64,000 nucleotides of DNA from Macrostomum lignano (lineage: Eukaryota), in the NCBI GenBank assembly GCA_002269645.1, contig NIVC01002553.1:62001-126000 (forward strand), written 5' to 3'. The number at the start of each line of letters is the position of its first letter. Positions within the stretch are counted from its first letter, which is position 1. Of the stretch, positions 36,945 through 48,669 are shown piece by piece. Under the pieces are notes generated by a model that worked only from the letters and a program-made list of their open reading frames with translations, was not told the origin of the DNA and did no database searches. Both the position numbers and the translations under genes were made by a program.

Positions 36945-38030
36945 GATTCTCAGGGCGGATAATTGGCGATTCTCAGGGTGGATAATTGGCGATTCTCAGG
37001 GCGGATAATTGGCGATTCTCAGGGCGGGTAATTGGCGATTCTCAGGGAGGATAATTGGCGATTCTGAGGGTGGATAATTGGCGATTCTCAGGGCGGATAA
37101 TTGGCGATTCTGAGGGTGGATAATTGGCGATTCTGAGGGTGGATAATTGGCGATTCTGAGGGTGGATAATTGGCGATTCTGAGGGTGGATAATTGGCGAT
37201 TCTGAGGGTGGATAATTGGCGATTCTGAGGGTGGATAATTAACGATTCTGAGGGTGGATAATTGGCGATTCTGAGGGTGGATAATTGGCGATTCTGAGGG
37301 TGGATAATTGGCGATTCTGAGGGTGGATAATTAACGATTCTCAGGGTGGATAACTGGCGACTCTCAGGGTGGATAACTGGCGATTCTCAGGGTGGATAAC
37401 TGGCGATTCTCAGGGTGGATAATTGGCGATTCTGAGGGTGGATAATTAACGATTCTCAGGGTGGATAACTGGCGACTCTCAGGGTGGATAACTGGCGATT
37501 CTCAGGGTGGATAACTGGCGATTCTCAGGGTGGATAATTGGCGATTCTGAGGTGGATAATTGGCGATTCTGAGGGTGGATAATTAACGATTCTCAGGGCG
37601 GATAATTGGCGATTCTCAGGGCGGATAATTGGCGATTCTCAGGGCGGATAATTGGCGATTCTTAGGGTGGATAATTGGCGATTCTCAGGGCGGATAACTG
37701 GCGATTCTCAGGGTGGATAATTGGCGATTCCGAGGGTGGATAATTGGCGATTCTGAGGGTGGATAATTGGCGATTCTGAGGGTGGATAATTAACGATTCT
37801 CAGGGTGGATAACTGGCGATTCTCAGGGTGGATAACTGGCGATTCTCAGGGTCGATAACTGGCGACTCTCAGGGTGGAAAATTGGCGATTCTCAGGGTGG
37901 ATAATTGGCGATTATCAGGGTGGATAAGGGCGAATCTCAGGGTGGATAATTGGCGATTCTCAGGGTGGATAAGGGCGACTCTCAAGTTTACTTTTAGGGC
38001 GGATGAGTCCGAGCGGGTGGATAAAATTTC
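36945..38030. repeat. 23-bp minisatellite (GGGTGGATAATTGGCGATTCTGA)
   Basis: About 46 units. Confidence 0.95.
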
Positions 38031-38387
38031 AGTACTGCCTGCATAAACTACTTACAAACAGTAGAATATTTAAGGTTTTTGAAAAAAATTAGGGGCTTAC
38101 ATGTGAGGCACATTTTCGTAAGTCTGTTTCACGTGCAATAGCATTTTTTAAAAATGTTTGAAACGTGCTATCTAGTTATATTGTTATTTTGCGGTCACAG
38201 CAGGAAAATTTAGGAAAATAGCATAAGATAAAAATATTCATAGGCATGAAGAGGCAGTGCGATCTACATATTCAATGTAAAAGCATTAAGTCACATGTGG
38301 AGAAAAAATAGTAAAGCTAATTAAAGTGAGCTGAAATTGGGCGTAGCTTAATTAGCATTTGTCAATACTGGCCAAAATGTAATTATG

Positions 38388-38663
38388 GTTGGCCAGGGTT
38401 ATGAGTTTGTGTACACTTTGGGGTGGTGGGTTGGCCAGGGGTATGAGTTTGTGTACACTTTGGGGTGGTGGGTTGGCCAGGGGTATGAGTTTGTGTACAC
38501 TTAGGGGTGGTAGGTTGGCCAGGGGTATGAGCTTGCGTACACTTAGGGGTGGTGGGTTGGCCAGGGGTATGAGCTTGCGTACACTTAGGGGTGGTGGGTT
38601 GGCCAGGGGTATGAGCTTGCGTACACTTAGGGGTGGTGGGTTGGCCAGGGGTATGAGCTTGCG
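38388..38663. repeat. 42-bp minisatellite (GGTTGGCCAGGGGTATGAGTTTGTGTACACTTTGGGGTGGTG)
   Basis: About 6.5 units. Confidence 0.9.
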
Positions 38664-39427
38664 AACATGACCCAGTTAGCTAGTAGATTAATTTAAAACC
38701 AGTTTATTGACAAAAGCTATGTATACGAAGGCAGATATATCAACGATATCAGTCAGTCAAAGTGTTATTGATATATTGTAAAAAATCTGAAATAAAAGAT
38801 TAGCAATATTAAGCCATACTAATGCTTCTGGTAAAAGAAGAAAATACTGGAATGAGATTCAGCACTCCATACTCTATCTATTGTCACGGAATTATTTACA
38901 GTATATGATTAAAACAAAAAAGTGGAGTAAAAATACAAACGCCGACACTACTCACTTTGTCATTGATATGAAAATTAGGTTAAGCAGAAGAGCTTCTCTA
39001 GTCGGCATGGTTATAACACAATAAAGTATATAATGATTAGTCATGTACAGCAGCTGATGTTGAACTACCTACCAGCACAATAAATAAGAGGCACAAGTAC
39101 GCGGTAGAACAAGTGAAACTAAAAAAATATAAACAAAAGAGCCTGGTCAAATTCAGACAGGTATCCAGCACGTCAAAAAGTAGATGTAAAACATTCACAG
39201 ATTCTTGTCTTGCAAGCTAAAATTGAGCAATCAAGTCGGCCACAGTTACATTGTAAAGTAAACGAAAAAAAAATTTGTTCAGTCATGACAGTAAATACAG
39301 GCGGATACGTGAAACAATGAAAGTCATAAAACTTTATGAGCCATTTCAGCTGCTTATTAGTTACAGTATACATTTTAAAAACTTTATCTGGGGGATTATT
39401 AAATGGGTCTTGGTGACTCTACTAGTA

Positions 39428-39885
39428 CATTGGGGTGGTAAGGCTAGTGAGGTCTACGTTGGGGTGGTGAGGTCTGGGTAAGTGTACATTGGACTATGAA
39501 AGGTCTGGATGAGTGTACATTGGAGTGGTGAGGTCTGGATGAGTGTATATTGGGGTGGTGGGGTCTGGATGAGTGTACATTGGAGTGGTGAGGTCTGGAT
39601 GAGTGTATATTGGGGTGGTGGGGTCTGGATGAGTGTACATTGGAGTGGTGAGGTCTGGATGAGTGTACATTAGGGTGGCGAGGTCTGGATGAGTGTACAT
39701 TGGGGTGGTGCGGTCTGGATGAGTGTACATTGGGGTGGTGAGGTCTGGATGAGTGTACATTGGGGTGGTGAGGTCTGGATGAGTGTACATTGGGGTGATG
39801 AGGTCTGGATGAGTGTACATTGGGGTGGTGAGGTCTGGATGAGTGTACATTGGGGTGATGAGGTCTGGATGAGTGCACATTGGGG
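39428..39885. repeat. 30-bp minisatellite (GAGGTCTGGATGAGTGTACATTGGGGTGGT)
   Basis: About 15 units just downstream of the CHP-like stop. Confidence 0.9.
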
Positions 39886-39958
39886 CTGTGAGACATTCAC
39901 ACAGCTGTGTTTCAATAACCAATTCAGACTTGCAAATGAAGCACACAGACCGCAGCAC

Positions 39959-40573
39959 TCAAAAGTGAATAGCCATTTTCTCTTCAATATCCAGACCCTC
40001 CATAGCCGCACGGAACTCCTGGTACGAGATGCGATTATCCTTAACCTGATCCACTTCGGACAGGGCTCTGCTAGCGATGGATTGAATCTGCTCCAATGGC
40101 AAATTGTTGCCAACCAGCATGTGCAGCAGCGAGCTGAGCTCAGTCAGACTCAAGAATTCGTTCTCTTCAATGTCTAACATCCTGTAGACAAACTGCACCT
40201 TGGCCTCGCGTTGAGCTGGCGTGTGCGCCGGCTGGAACACGGCTATGGCTGAGCAGAACTCGGGAAACGACATGGCATCGGAGCCGCGCGGATACAGGGC
40301 GCACACGATTCTGGCGCCAAGCGGATTGAGCGACAGCTCCGGATCCGACATCATCTGGCGTCGGCTGAGCAGTTTACCTTCGCCGCGATGGATACTGGAC
40401 AGTGATGCCGAACTAGCGCCGGTTTCGTTGCCGCGCCGACACAACTGGTTAAATCGGCGATGAAGCCGTTGGACAGTGGAATGGGACAGCCCCGTGTCCG
40501 CCGAGATCTTTGCCGCGTCAACGTCGGCGAGGGCTTCGCGCTGAGACCGGATGTTGGACAGGGCTGAGCCCAT
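39959..40573 (-). CDS. CHP1: Calcineurin B homologous protein (CHP-like EF-hand protein), single-exon CDS, 204 aa
   Basis: MGSALS myristoylation motif, TGLSHSTVQRLHRRF, PELSLNPLGARIV, KVQFVYRMLD, HMLVG and KMAIHF all parallel CHP1. Confidence 0.85.
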   Translation of the reverse strand: MGSALSNIRSQREALADVDAAKISADTGLSHSTVQRLHRRFNQLCRRGNETGASSASLSSIHRGEGKLLSRRQMMSDPELSLNPLGARIVCALYPRGSDAMSFPEFCSAIAVFQPAHTPAQREAKVQFVYRMLDIEENEFLSLTELSSLLHMLVGNNLPLEQIQSIASRALSEVDQVKDNRISYQEFRAAMEGLDIEEKMAIHF

Positions 40574-40628
40574 CTTGACAGCAGCTGCAGTGGGGATGCT
40601 GGCGCCACTGTACATACGAGAATTGGGG

Positions 40629-41005
40629 ATTCCCCTTAGCCATCCCTGATTCCCCTTAGCCATCCCTGATTCCCCTTAGCCATCCCTGATTTTCCTTAGC
40701 ACCCCTGATTCCCCTTAGCGATCCCTGATTCCCCTTAGTAGCCATCACTATTCCTCTTAGCCATCCCTGATTCCCCTTAACCATCTCTGATTCCCCTTAA
40801 CCATCCCTGATTCCCCTTAGCCACCCCTGATTCCCCTTAGCCACACTTGATACCCCTTAGCTATCCCTGATACCCCTTAGCTATCCCTGATACCCCTTAG
40901 CCACCCCTGATTCCTCTTAGCCATAACTGATTCTTCATAGCACCTCTGATTCACTATGGGTATCATCCTGATTCCTCTTAGCCACTTCTAATTCCTCATA
41001 GATCT
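40629..41005. repeat. 20-bp minisatellite (CATCCCTGATTCCCCTTAGC)
   Basis: About 18 units, degenerating rightwards. Confidence 0.9.
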
Positions 41006-41589
41006 GTGGTACATCTTGAGTATCTCTAATTCCTTTTGCACTTATGCATCGGTTTACAAATATCTAATTCAAAGCAGTGCAAAGTTGGTACACCAAAGAT
41101 TACGCGAATATGATTATATATATTAAAGTTAAATTTCAGACAGCAAATATACATATTTACGCATAGATAGCGCTATTAACACAAAGTAAGATTTTAGCTG
41201 GGTTCATAGCTGCCAAGTGTAAGATGCAACTAATTTAAGTTTGAAATCATTGCATGGAATAAATACAGAGAAATGCTGCGAAACAGACATAATTTGTTAC
41301 TCGATAACATTTAAATTAGCTTTTACTCAAAAAACTAGTTGATTACAGAGCCTACAAAAATGACACGGAATTAATGAATATTTTACGTATAAAAATATAA
41401 TAGGAGTATAATGAGTGACTTCATTTTGTTTATTATATTGTAGTATATAATACATAAGCAGATGATACGATATAGGAAATTTTTGTTTTAGATTAATTAT
41501 TATTTGTTGTTTTGTATACAATCGGCGACAAATGGAGAATTAGAAGTACAAGCCGATTCAGAAGGGGGGAAGGATACCGTAGTAGTTGA

Positions 41590-42260
41590 AAGATGGGAGA
41601 GAGGAGAGGAGAGAGAGAGAGGGGAGGGAAGAAAGGAGAGGGGAGAAAGGAGAGGAGAGAGGTTAGAGAGGGGAGGAGAGAGAGGAGAGAAGGGAGGGGA
41701 GAGAGGAGGGAGGGGAGTGGAGGGGAGAGAGGAGAGGGGAGAGGAGAGAGGGGAGAGGGGAGGGGAGAGAGTAGGGAGGGAGTGGAGGGGAGAGGAGAGA
41801 GGGGAGAGGAGAGAGGGAGAGGGGAGGGGAGAGAGGAGGGAGGGGAGTGGAGGGGAGAGGAGAGAGGGAGAGGGGAGGGGAGAGAGGAGGGAGGGGAGTG
41901 GAGGGGAGAGAGGAGAGGGGAGAGGAGAGAGGGGAGAGGGGAGGGGAGAGAGGAGGGAGGGGAGTGGAGGGGAGAGAGGAGAGGGGAGAGGAGAGAGGGG
42001 AGAGGGGAGGGGAGAGAGGAGGGAGGGGAGTGGAGGGGAGAGAGGAGAGGGGAGAGGAGAGAGGGGAGAGGGGAGGGAGAGAGGAGGGAGGGGAGTGGAG
42101 GGGAGAGGAGAGAGGGGAGAGGAGAGAGGGGAGAGGGGAGGGAGAGAGGAGGGAGGGGAGTGGAGGGGAGAGAGGAGAGGGGAGAGGAGAGAGGGGAGAG
42201 GGGAGGGGAGAGAGGAGGGAAAGGAGGGGAGAGGGGAGAGGAAAGAGTAGAGGGAGGTGA
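41590..42260. repeat. Polypurine (G/A) tract
   Basis: ~670 bp almost entirely G/A; source of the REG/PSL-rich spurious ORFs. Confidence 0.9.
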
Positions 42261-42424
42261 GAAACAATAAAAACAGACAAATAAAAACCGGACAGTCAGT
42301 TCAAACAATGCCATTTTGTTAGAAAAAAAGGCGGTGCAAAGCAAGACAGCCCCAGTATAATGGTCAATAATGCTAACAATAGATACACACCGAGCATGAG
42401 CAAGCGACAGTGCAAATCAGCAAA

Positions 42425-42862
42425 TCAAGCATCGAACAGTGTGTGCAGACTTTCTTCTTCTCGCAGCACAAACGGGAATTCCTGGTTGCGACGCGACGGT
42501 CCGCTGCCGCCCGTCTCCGCCTGCTGCGAGCTGTCGGCACCGACGCCGTCCGGCTGTCCATCGTCGGCCGCGTCTTCGCCGGAATTGGCTGCAGCGGCGG
42601 CGGCGGCAGCGGCCTCGGCAGCCAAATGCTGCTGCTGCTGCTGCCGCTCCTGATCGATGATCTCGTCGATTTGGCCGGACACCGGGACGACTCGCATGCC
42701 ACCTCCGCCTCCGGCCGCATCTCCGCCTTCGGCCGCGTCGGCGTCCTCCTGGTTGATCACCAGCACGGTGATTGGCGCAGAGGCCGAACGCAGGTGCACC
42801 TGGTATTGCACCCGACGACCGCCGTCTGAGTAGTAGGACTCGTGCTCGTCAGGTATTGGCAC
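42425..42862 (-). CDS. E2F4: E2F4/5-like transcription factor, exon 2
   Basis: Acceptor ttggccag|VPIPDE...YQVHLRSASAPITVLVINQE (marked box); C-terminal EFPFVLREEESLHTLFD resembles the pocket-protein-binding motif. Confidence 0.85.
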   Translation of the reverse strand: MPIPDEHESYYSDGGRRVQYQVHLRSASAPITVLVINQEDADAAEGGDAAGGGGGMRVVPVSGQIDEIIDQERQQQQQHLAAEAAAAAAAAANSGEDAADDGQPDGVGADSSQQAETGGSGPSRRNQEFPFVLREEESLHTLFDA

Positions 42863-42996
42863 CTGGCCAAGGAATTGGGAGGGGTAGGATTGTTAACTAG
42901 CCCTAACTATCGCTTCTAGACAGTTCTTAGCTATTTTTAGCAGCACAAAATGATTTCCATCGTATCATTAAATCAGCCCGATACGCAAGCTGATAT

Positions 42997-43255
42997 GACC
43001 CCGATCGGTCATGTGACACCCCGATCGGTCATGTGACACCCCGATCGGTCATGTGACACCCCGATCGGTCATGTGACACCCCTATCAGACTTGTGACACC
43101 CATATCAGCCTTGTGACACCTATATCAGCCTTGTGACACACAAATCAGCCTTGTGACATCTCTATCAGCCTTATGACACCCTATGAGCCTTGTGACACCC
43201 CTATCAAGCAGGTGAAACCTCTCATCAGCCTTGTTACACCCCATCAGCCTTGTGA
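42997..43255. repeat. 21-bp intronic minisatellite (CCCCGATCGGTCATGTGACAC) degrading rightwards
   Basis: About 12 units in the E2F intron. Confidence 0.85.
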
Positions 43256-43335
43256 GACTCCTATATTAGTACTATAAACAGCCAAATGACTCACACAAAC
43301 AGCCAAATGACCCGCATAAGCAATGTCTCTCCTAC

Positions 43336-44079
43336 CTCCAGCCTAGTCCCATGCGGCGCCTTGATAACAAGCGAAGTCTTGCCCTCAAAAATGGCGCACA
43401 AATCCTGATGAGTCAAATAGACATAGGGCTGATTATCCGGGTCCTCAGTAACATTCACTAGCGACTGTTCAATTTGCTGCTTATAAGCGTCCATCTTACT
43501 CTCCAGATGCTTCAAATGGTTAATCTCATCGGTCAGTTGAGTGAGCTTAGCCTGAATCTCTGGCGAGTTTGTGGCCGGACTGGCTCCCTTCCATTGCACG
43601 CAGTTCTTGCTTCGTTTCTCAATCAAGCCGATACCCTCCAGCACGTTGGTGATGTCGTAGATTCTGCGCTTCTGACCAACTCGAAGATACTCGGCAGCGG
43701 CTTTCAAGTCTAGCACCCCGTCTGGGGCGTCTTTTAATAATTGAACGAATCGTTCGGTTAGTATGCCAAGGCTTTTGTCTTGGCGAGTGGTGAACATGCT
43801 GGCAGCTTGAGAGCCGCCACCAGCGCCGCCGCCGCCGCCTCCTCCTCCACCGGTGCTCCAGTGCTGCTGCTGCTGTTGTTGATGATGATGATGAATAGGC
43901 TGCTGAACGTGATGCACAGCCGACATGGCGCCTTCAACAGCTCCGCCATGGTAGCCGGGGTTAGCAGCATAGTGAACAGCCGATGACCGACCCAGAGGAT
44001 TGCCGTCGGCGCCAATCACGGCAGTTTGATATCCGCCAATTAGTTGGTCAGTAGTATAAGTTAATTGGTGACCGGTCAT
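43336..44079 (-). CDS. E2F4: E2F4/5-like transcription factor, exon 1 (DNA-binding and dimerisation domains)
   Basis: [57 protein letters not shown]; donor GAG|GTAGGA. Joined CDS is 393 aa. E2F4 versus E2F5 cannot be resolved. Confidence 0.92.
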
Positions 44080-44207
44080 TGCTTGCTGCTGCTTTTAATA
44101 ATCTAGTGTTTTTTGGGATGCTTTCACTGCTTTTGTTTCTGAAGCAAACTTATCTGCAGGAAAATTTCAGGATGGGAAATTTCGTGTAGAAAGCAATTAG
44201 GGTTGAG

Positions 44208-44560
44208 ATGCGGTTCTCAAGGACGATTCCTAAAAAGTTTGGCAGGAGGGCGGTTCTCAAGGACGATTCCTAAGGAGTTTGAGAGGAGGGCGGTTCTCAA
44301 GGACGATTCCTAAAAAGTTTGGCAGGAGGGCGGTTCTCAAGGACGATTCCTAAAAAGTTTGGCAGGAGGGCGGTTCTCAACAACGATTCCTACAAAGTTT
44401 GGCAGGAGGGCGGTTCTCAAGGACGATTCCTAAAAAGTTTGGCAGGAGGGCGGTTCTCAAGGACGATTTCTAAAAATTTTGGGAGGAGGGCGGTTCTCAA
44501 GGACGATTTCTAAAAAGTTTGGGAGGAGGGCGGTTCTCAAGGGCGATACCTAAAAAGTTT
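44208..44560. repeat. 40-bp minisatellite (GGGCGGTTCTCAAGGACGATTCCTAAAAAGTTTGGCAGGA)
   Basis: About 9 units upstream of the E2F 5' acceptor. Confidence 0.9.
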
Positions 44561-44937
44561 GTACGCTTTTCAAGCTACTAAACTCAATAAAACGGCTGAA
44601 AGTCAAAAAGCTCAATATAAGCAAGAGCTGAAAGTCAGGAAGAAACAATATATCTGTTAAGGTATTTTTTCAGCTTACAAACAACCACCCAATAACTCTT
44701 ACCCATACGTACTATTCTGTTTAGGTTGTTAATATTAACTACAAAATTTGTAGAGCAGACAGTGACCCTTTTTTCACAAATTTTTCCATTTTTTGCACTC
44801 ATTTGATTTTAGAGAGCTTTGCCAATAGAAAACAGAAAATGAATATTATTATTGTGTGCTACAATTCTCACCACACCAATTGCCAAGGATCATAGAAAAG
44901 AAAAGCAAGGAACTCGCACAGACAATAAATAAAACTC

Positions 44938-45422
44938 AAGGACCACTGTAGTATTACAGGAAGTAAAACTAAAAAATCGAGTAGTTCTTAGGAGGCCAAT
45001 TTTCTGGAAAAGATACACTGCAGAGATAGGAAAACAGTTTTTTTTCATCACAAAATCAATGAATTGCATTTGATCTGATTCAAAATTTTATTTAATTTTG
45101 CATACACAACATGCTATTCAGTTGTATTGTATATATTTTTCAAGTGTAAGTTTCATTTTCATATTGTTTTCTATCCATTTCATAAGCCCAAGCCAAAGTT
45201 GAAATTACTCACAAGTGAAGTTTTTGTTTTTTCATTTTTGAATCAAGTATATTATTACAAATAACAATTTTTTTAATTTGATTCAAAAATTTAAAAACAA
45301 AAACTTCACTTGTGAGTAATTTCAACTTTGGCTTGGGCTTATGGAACAAATAGAAATCAATATGAAAATGAAAATTTCACTACGCAAATAAAGACTTTTC
45401 CTGTTATTCTACAGTGGTCCTT
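44938..45422. mobile_element. Foldback/MITE-like palindromic element
   Basis: Outer inverted pair AAGGACCACTGTAG / CTACAGTGGTCCTT. Inner near-perfect ~55-bp arms CATAAGCCCAAGCCAAAGTTGAAATTACTCACAAGTGAAGTTTTTGTTTTT (~45181-45232) and complement (~45293-45343). Confidence 0.8.
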
Positions 45423-45872
45423 ATAAAAATAACACGAAAATTCGGAAATGTTATGTTAAACTTCTGTACTGACTGGATTTTTTTAAGGCAAAATCAATTT
45501 TTTTGTCTTGGAAATCAACAGTTGGAAGCGAATCAAGTTGAAGAGGAAAAAATAATTGATTTGATAAGCCACCGAGAAAAGTGAATAAATATAATATGAA
45601 TACGGACCCGACCACCCACAGCGCAGGCAGAATGAGAGGCAAAGCAAGAACAAAGACGACTCAAGTAGGACGGGAGAGTGTTTTCTTAGAAAAACATAAC
45701 TAAAGGCTGGCTTTAGGCGTGACATTTTTTACATACAAAATTACATCGTAACTGTTTTATTGGTCCATCGATTTATTACCACTTTGCAGCCAACCAACCA
45801 GCCCTTCAAATGTTTTCTAAGAAATGAAGTTTCACCGTCCTTGAGCAACAATTAGCAAACTACTTCATATTA

Positions 45873-46202
45873 TTAAATTGTTGGCAAACAGTTCACAAAG
45901 AGCGCAGACTGTCTCACTGACTCAGATGCTGTCAATATCAACTTTGTCGGCAGTGTCCGAATCTTTATCGCCAGACTTCTTGCCAGCTCCGCCAGTTGCT
46001 TTGCTGTTCTTCGGTCCCGGATGCAGATTTGCTTCCTTCTGGTTCTCCGATTGTTCTCGAGTTTCTGCACAGCAATGCGATCGTGCCGGCCGGCGGACTC
46101 AGAGTCTTTGTGCTCAGCTTGGTCCTTTTTGCTGCGGCCTTTGCCGCCTTTGCCGCCAAGCCTGTCTACCTCGTAGTTGTACTCTTCGTATTCGTCAGCC
46201 AT
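45873..46202 (-). CDS. NUPR1: NUPR1/p8-like small nuclear stress protein
   Basis: DEYEEYNYE..GGKGGKGRSKKD..EH....AGRHDRIAVQKLEN matches the p8 family (GRKGRTKREAAANTNRPSPGGHERKLVTKLQN). C-terminal frame uncertain. Confidence 0.75.
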   Translation of the reverse strand: MADEYEEYNYEVDRLGGKGGKGRSKKDQAEHKDSESAGRHDRIAVQKLENNRRTRRKQICIRDRRTAKQLAELARSLAIKIRTLPTKLILTASESVRQSALFVNCLPTI

Positions 46203-46399
46203 GATAGCCGCTTTTTTATATCAGAAGAACCTGCTTGCAACTAGTCTTTGTTTGAATTGAACTGCTGGGCTGCAGCGAAATGAGCATGCAATAACACACT
46301 AAGTAAATGCAAATTGACAACAGGTAGGTCATACCTATGGTCCAGACTGATAAACTAACAGACTGGTACAGACTCACCTACAGTTAATAAACTAACCAA

Positions 46400-46735
46400 T
46401 AAAACCAACCCCACAATGATAAACCAACCCCAAAATGATAAACCAACCCTACAATGAGAAACCAACCCCACAATTATAAACCAACACAACCATTATAAAC
46501 CAACACAACCATTATAAACCAACACAACCACGATAAACCAACACAACCACGATAAACCAACACAACCACGATAAACCAACACAACCACGATAAACCAACA
46601 TAACCACGATGAACCAACACAACCACGATAAACCAACACAACCACGATAAACCAACACAACCACGATAAACCAACATAACCACGATGAACCAACACAACC
46701 ACGATAAACCAACACAACCATTATAAACCTACCCA
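46400..46735. repeat. 19-bp minisatellite (ATAAACCAACACAACCACG)
   Basis: About 17 units between ECD and NUPR1. Confidence 0.9.
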
Positions 46736-46950
46736 ACCACGTTACGAGCCCTCGCAAAGCAGACATATTAAACCTTTTCTACTAACCTATTATACTTAAA
46801 AAAACAATAGGTATTCTTTTTAGAAAGCATAGCTTCAATAGAAAAATTACAATATTATATTTAGTACAATCACACAATTAATGTACACTGAATAAGTTAC
46901 AATAAGGCAAGGCCATTCAAATGCACAGCACACATGACGCCCTGTTATCT

Positions 46951-48669
46951 CTAAGGCCGACGCGGAGTCCTCGGAGCAATGCCAGCCGCCGAGAACAGGC
47001 CGCTAAGCGGACCCGGCCGGACCGTCTGTTCCGCGGCGTAGGCCGCCTCAAGGCTGGCGCCGCCGCCGCCGCCGCCGCGGGCAGCCGTCCCGCTCAGCTC
47101 GGCGTCCATCTGGCGCATGTATCGACGCATCAGAATCCGCTGACGTCTAGCGACATCGGCACTTTCGTTGGCCTCTCCATCGGCACCTTCACCATCGGAG
47201 ACTGTCTCTTCATCAACATCGTCCGAATCTTCATCCTCAGCTTCGTCAGTCTCAGCATCTTCATTGTCATCGTCGCTATCAACAAATTGGTCGAATATTT
47301 TATTTAACGACGCTACTAAACCTTCGGCGTCTATGTCGATTTTGTTCGACAATTTTGTCGACTCGAAATCTGTCGCTTTTGTTGTCGACTTCGAGTTCGT
47401 CGATTTCGCAGACTCCACGCCGTCTAGTCCGGATTCGGCGCGCAGGAACTCGGCAAATGTTCCGGCGGCGCCATCCTCAGCCAGATCGGCCAGGTCTACC
47501 GGACACCGGCCGGACACCCGGGCCATCAGTTCGTCCAGCTGGTCGGGCGTCACGGTTAGCCAATCGTCCGAGTCCGGACACTCGACGCTGTCAGGCACCG
47601 GCGGAGCCGAACGACACAGTCGCGACAACAGGCGACTTGACGCCTCTAAATCGTCGAAATCGTCGTCATCGGCGCCGTCATCAGGGTCGGCTCCAGCCGG
47701 ACACTTATCCAGCAGAATCTCCGCCCCGTGAGTGAGCATCAAGCCCAGCTGCATCGCTCGCCGGTGCTCGGACACCTCCTGCGTTGTCATCGGCGCTTTA
47801 GCAGCCATCGAGTCTTCAGCCGCCGCCCAGTCCGAGCGCCGATCGGCGGCGTATCCAGCCTCCGCCTGCGACATCAGCTGGGCGTAGCGGCATCGATTCA
47901 ACAGCGATGTGCAGAGCGTCAGCCTGTCGCCGGCCGTCAGCAGCGAGCAACGTCGCCGACATCGACGCGCCTCCTTGGCATCTCGCTGACAGAAAGCGGC
48001 CGCCACCGGCCCGACAAGATCCGGCCGCACGGCCAGAGCGGCGGCCAGACTGGCCGGCAGGAAGACGCGCGCTCGATGCACCGCCGGCTGCTCGTCAAGC
48101 AGCGCGGCCGCCCGCCGGGTCAAGCAGCTCTGCGCGGCGTCGGTCAGGCATTCGACAGAGTCGGAAGCGGCCAGCAATCGCAGTGCTTTACTCAGCTCGA
48201 CACCGCCGCTGCCACCATCTCGCCAGGTCAGCAGGTGCAGCCGGCCAGCCATTAGCCAAGCTCGATTGTCCGAAGTCTCCGGCTCCAGCCAATCCGGCAG
48301 GTAGTCGGCCGTCTCGGCCAGCAAAAATTGACCATCCTCGTCTACAATGTCGGCCGCTAGGACGACTTCGGACAGTTGCTTAGTAACAGCTAGCAATATT
48401 CGGACAATCATCCATTCATCGTGGACGCAATCGCCAACTCGGACGAGACCGTGCAAGTGTCCGAAATCGACTGTTCCCCGGTCAGTTACGTCCGCCGGAC
48501 ACAGATTGAACGGCCGTTCGTGCCAGGCATGTCCGGCCGATACGGCGCCAGCCACTGAAAGGCAGCGGCGGCGCAGCTCGGACAGGCTGTGCGCCCCGTC
48601 TGGCCGGGGGAAAATTCTGTAGGCAACTTCGCCCGGGTCGAGGTCGCGACTGCTGCTCTGAGCCTGCAT
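46951..48669 (-). CDS. ECD: Ecdysoneless homologue (ECD/hSGT1)
   Basis: HAWHERPFNL, GDCVHDEWMIV, DEDGQFLLAETADYLPDWLEPETSDNRAW, DSDDWL, acidic tail and YMRQMDAEL match ECD. Start uncertain because the ATG lies inside a splice acceptor. Confidence 0.88.
   Translation of the reverse strand: MQAQSSSRDLDPGEVAYRIFPRPDGAHSLSELRRRCLSVAGAVSAGHAWHERPFNLCPADVTDRGTVDFGHLHGLVRVGDCVHDEWMIVRILLAVTKQLSEVVLAADIVDEDGQFLLAETADYLPDWLEPETSDNRAWLMAGRLHLLTWRDGGSGGVELSKALRLLAASDSVECLTDAAQSCLTRRAAALLDEQPAVHRARVFLPASLAAALAVRPDLVGPVAAAFCQRDAKEARRCRRRCSLLTAGDRLTLCTSLLNRCRYAQLMSQAEAGYAADRRSDWAAAEDSMAAKAPMTTQEVSEHRRAMQLGLMLTHGAEILLDKCPAGADPDDGADDDDFDDLEASSRLLSRLCRSAPPVPDSVECPDSDDWLTVTPDQLDELMARVSGRCPVDLADLAEDGAAGTFAEFLRAESGLDGVESAKSTNSKSTTKATDFESTKLSNKIDIDAEGLVASLNKIFDQFVDSDDDNEDAETDEAEDEDSDDVDEETVSDGEGADGEANESADVARRQRILMRRYMRQMDAELSGTAARGGGGGGASLEAAYAAEQTVRPGPLSGLFSAAGIAPRTPRRP

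Noticed and set aside
44208-44560. E2F autoregulatory sites in the 40-bp array
   Set aside because: TTTGGCAG/TTTGGGAG do not match the TTTSSCGC consensus.
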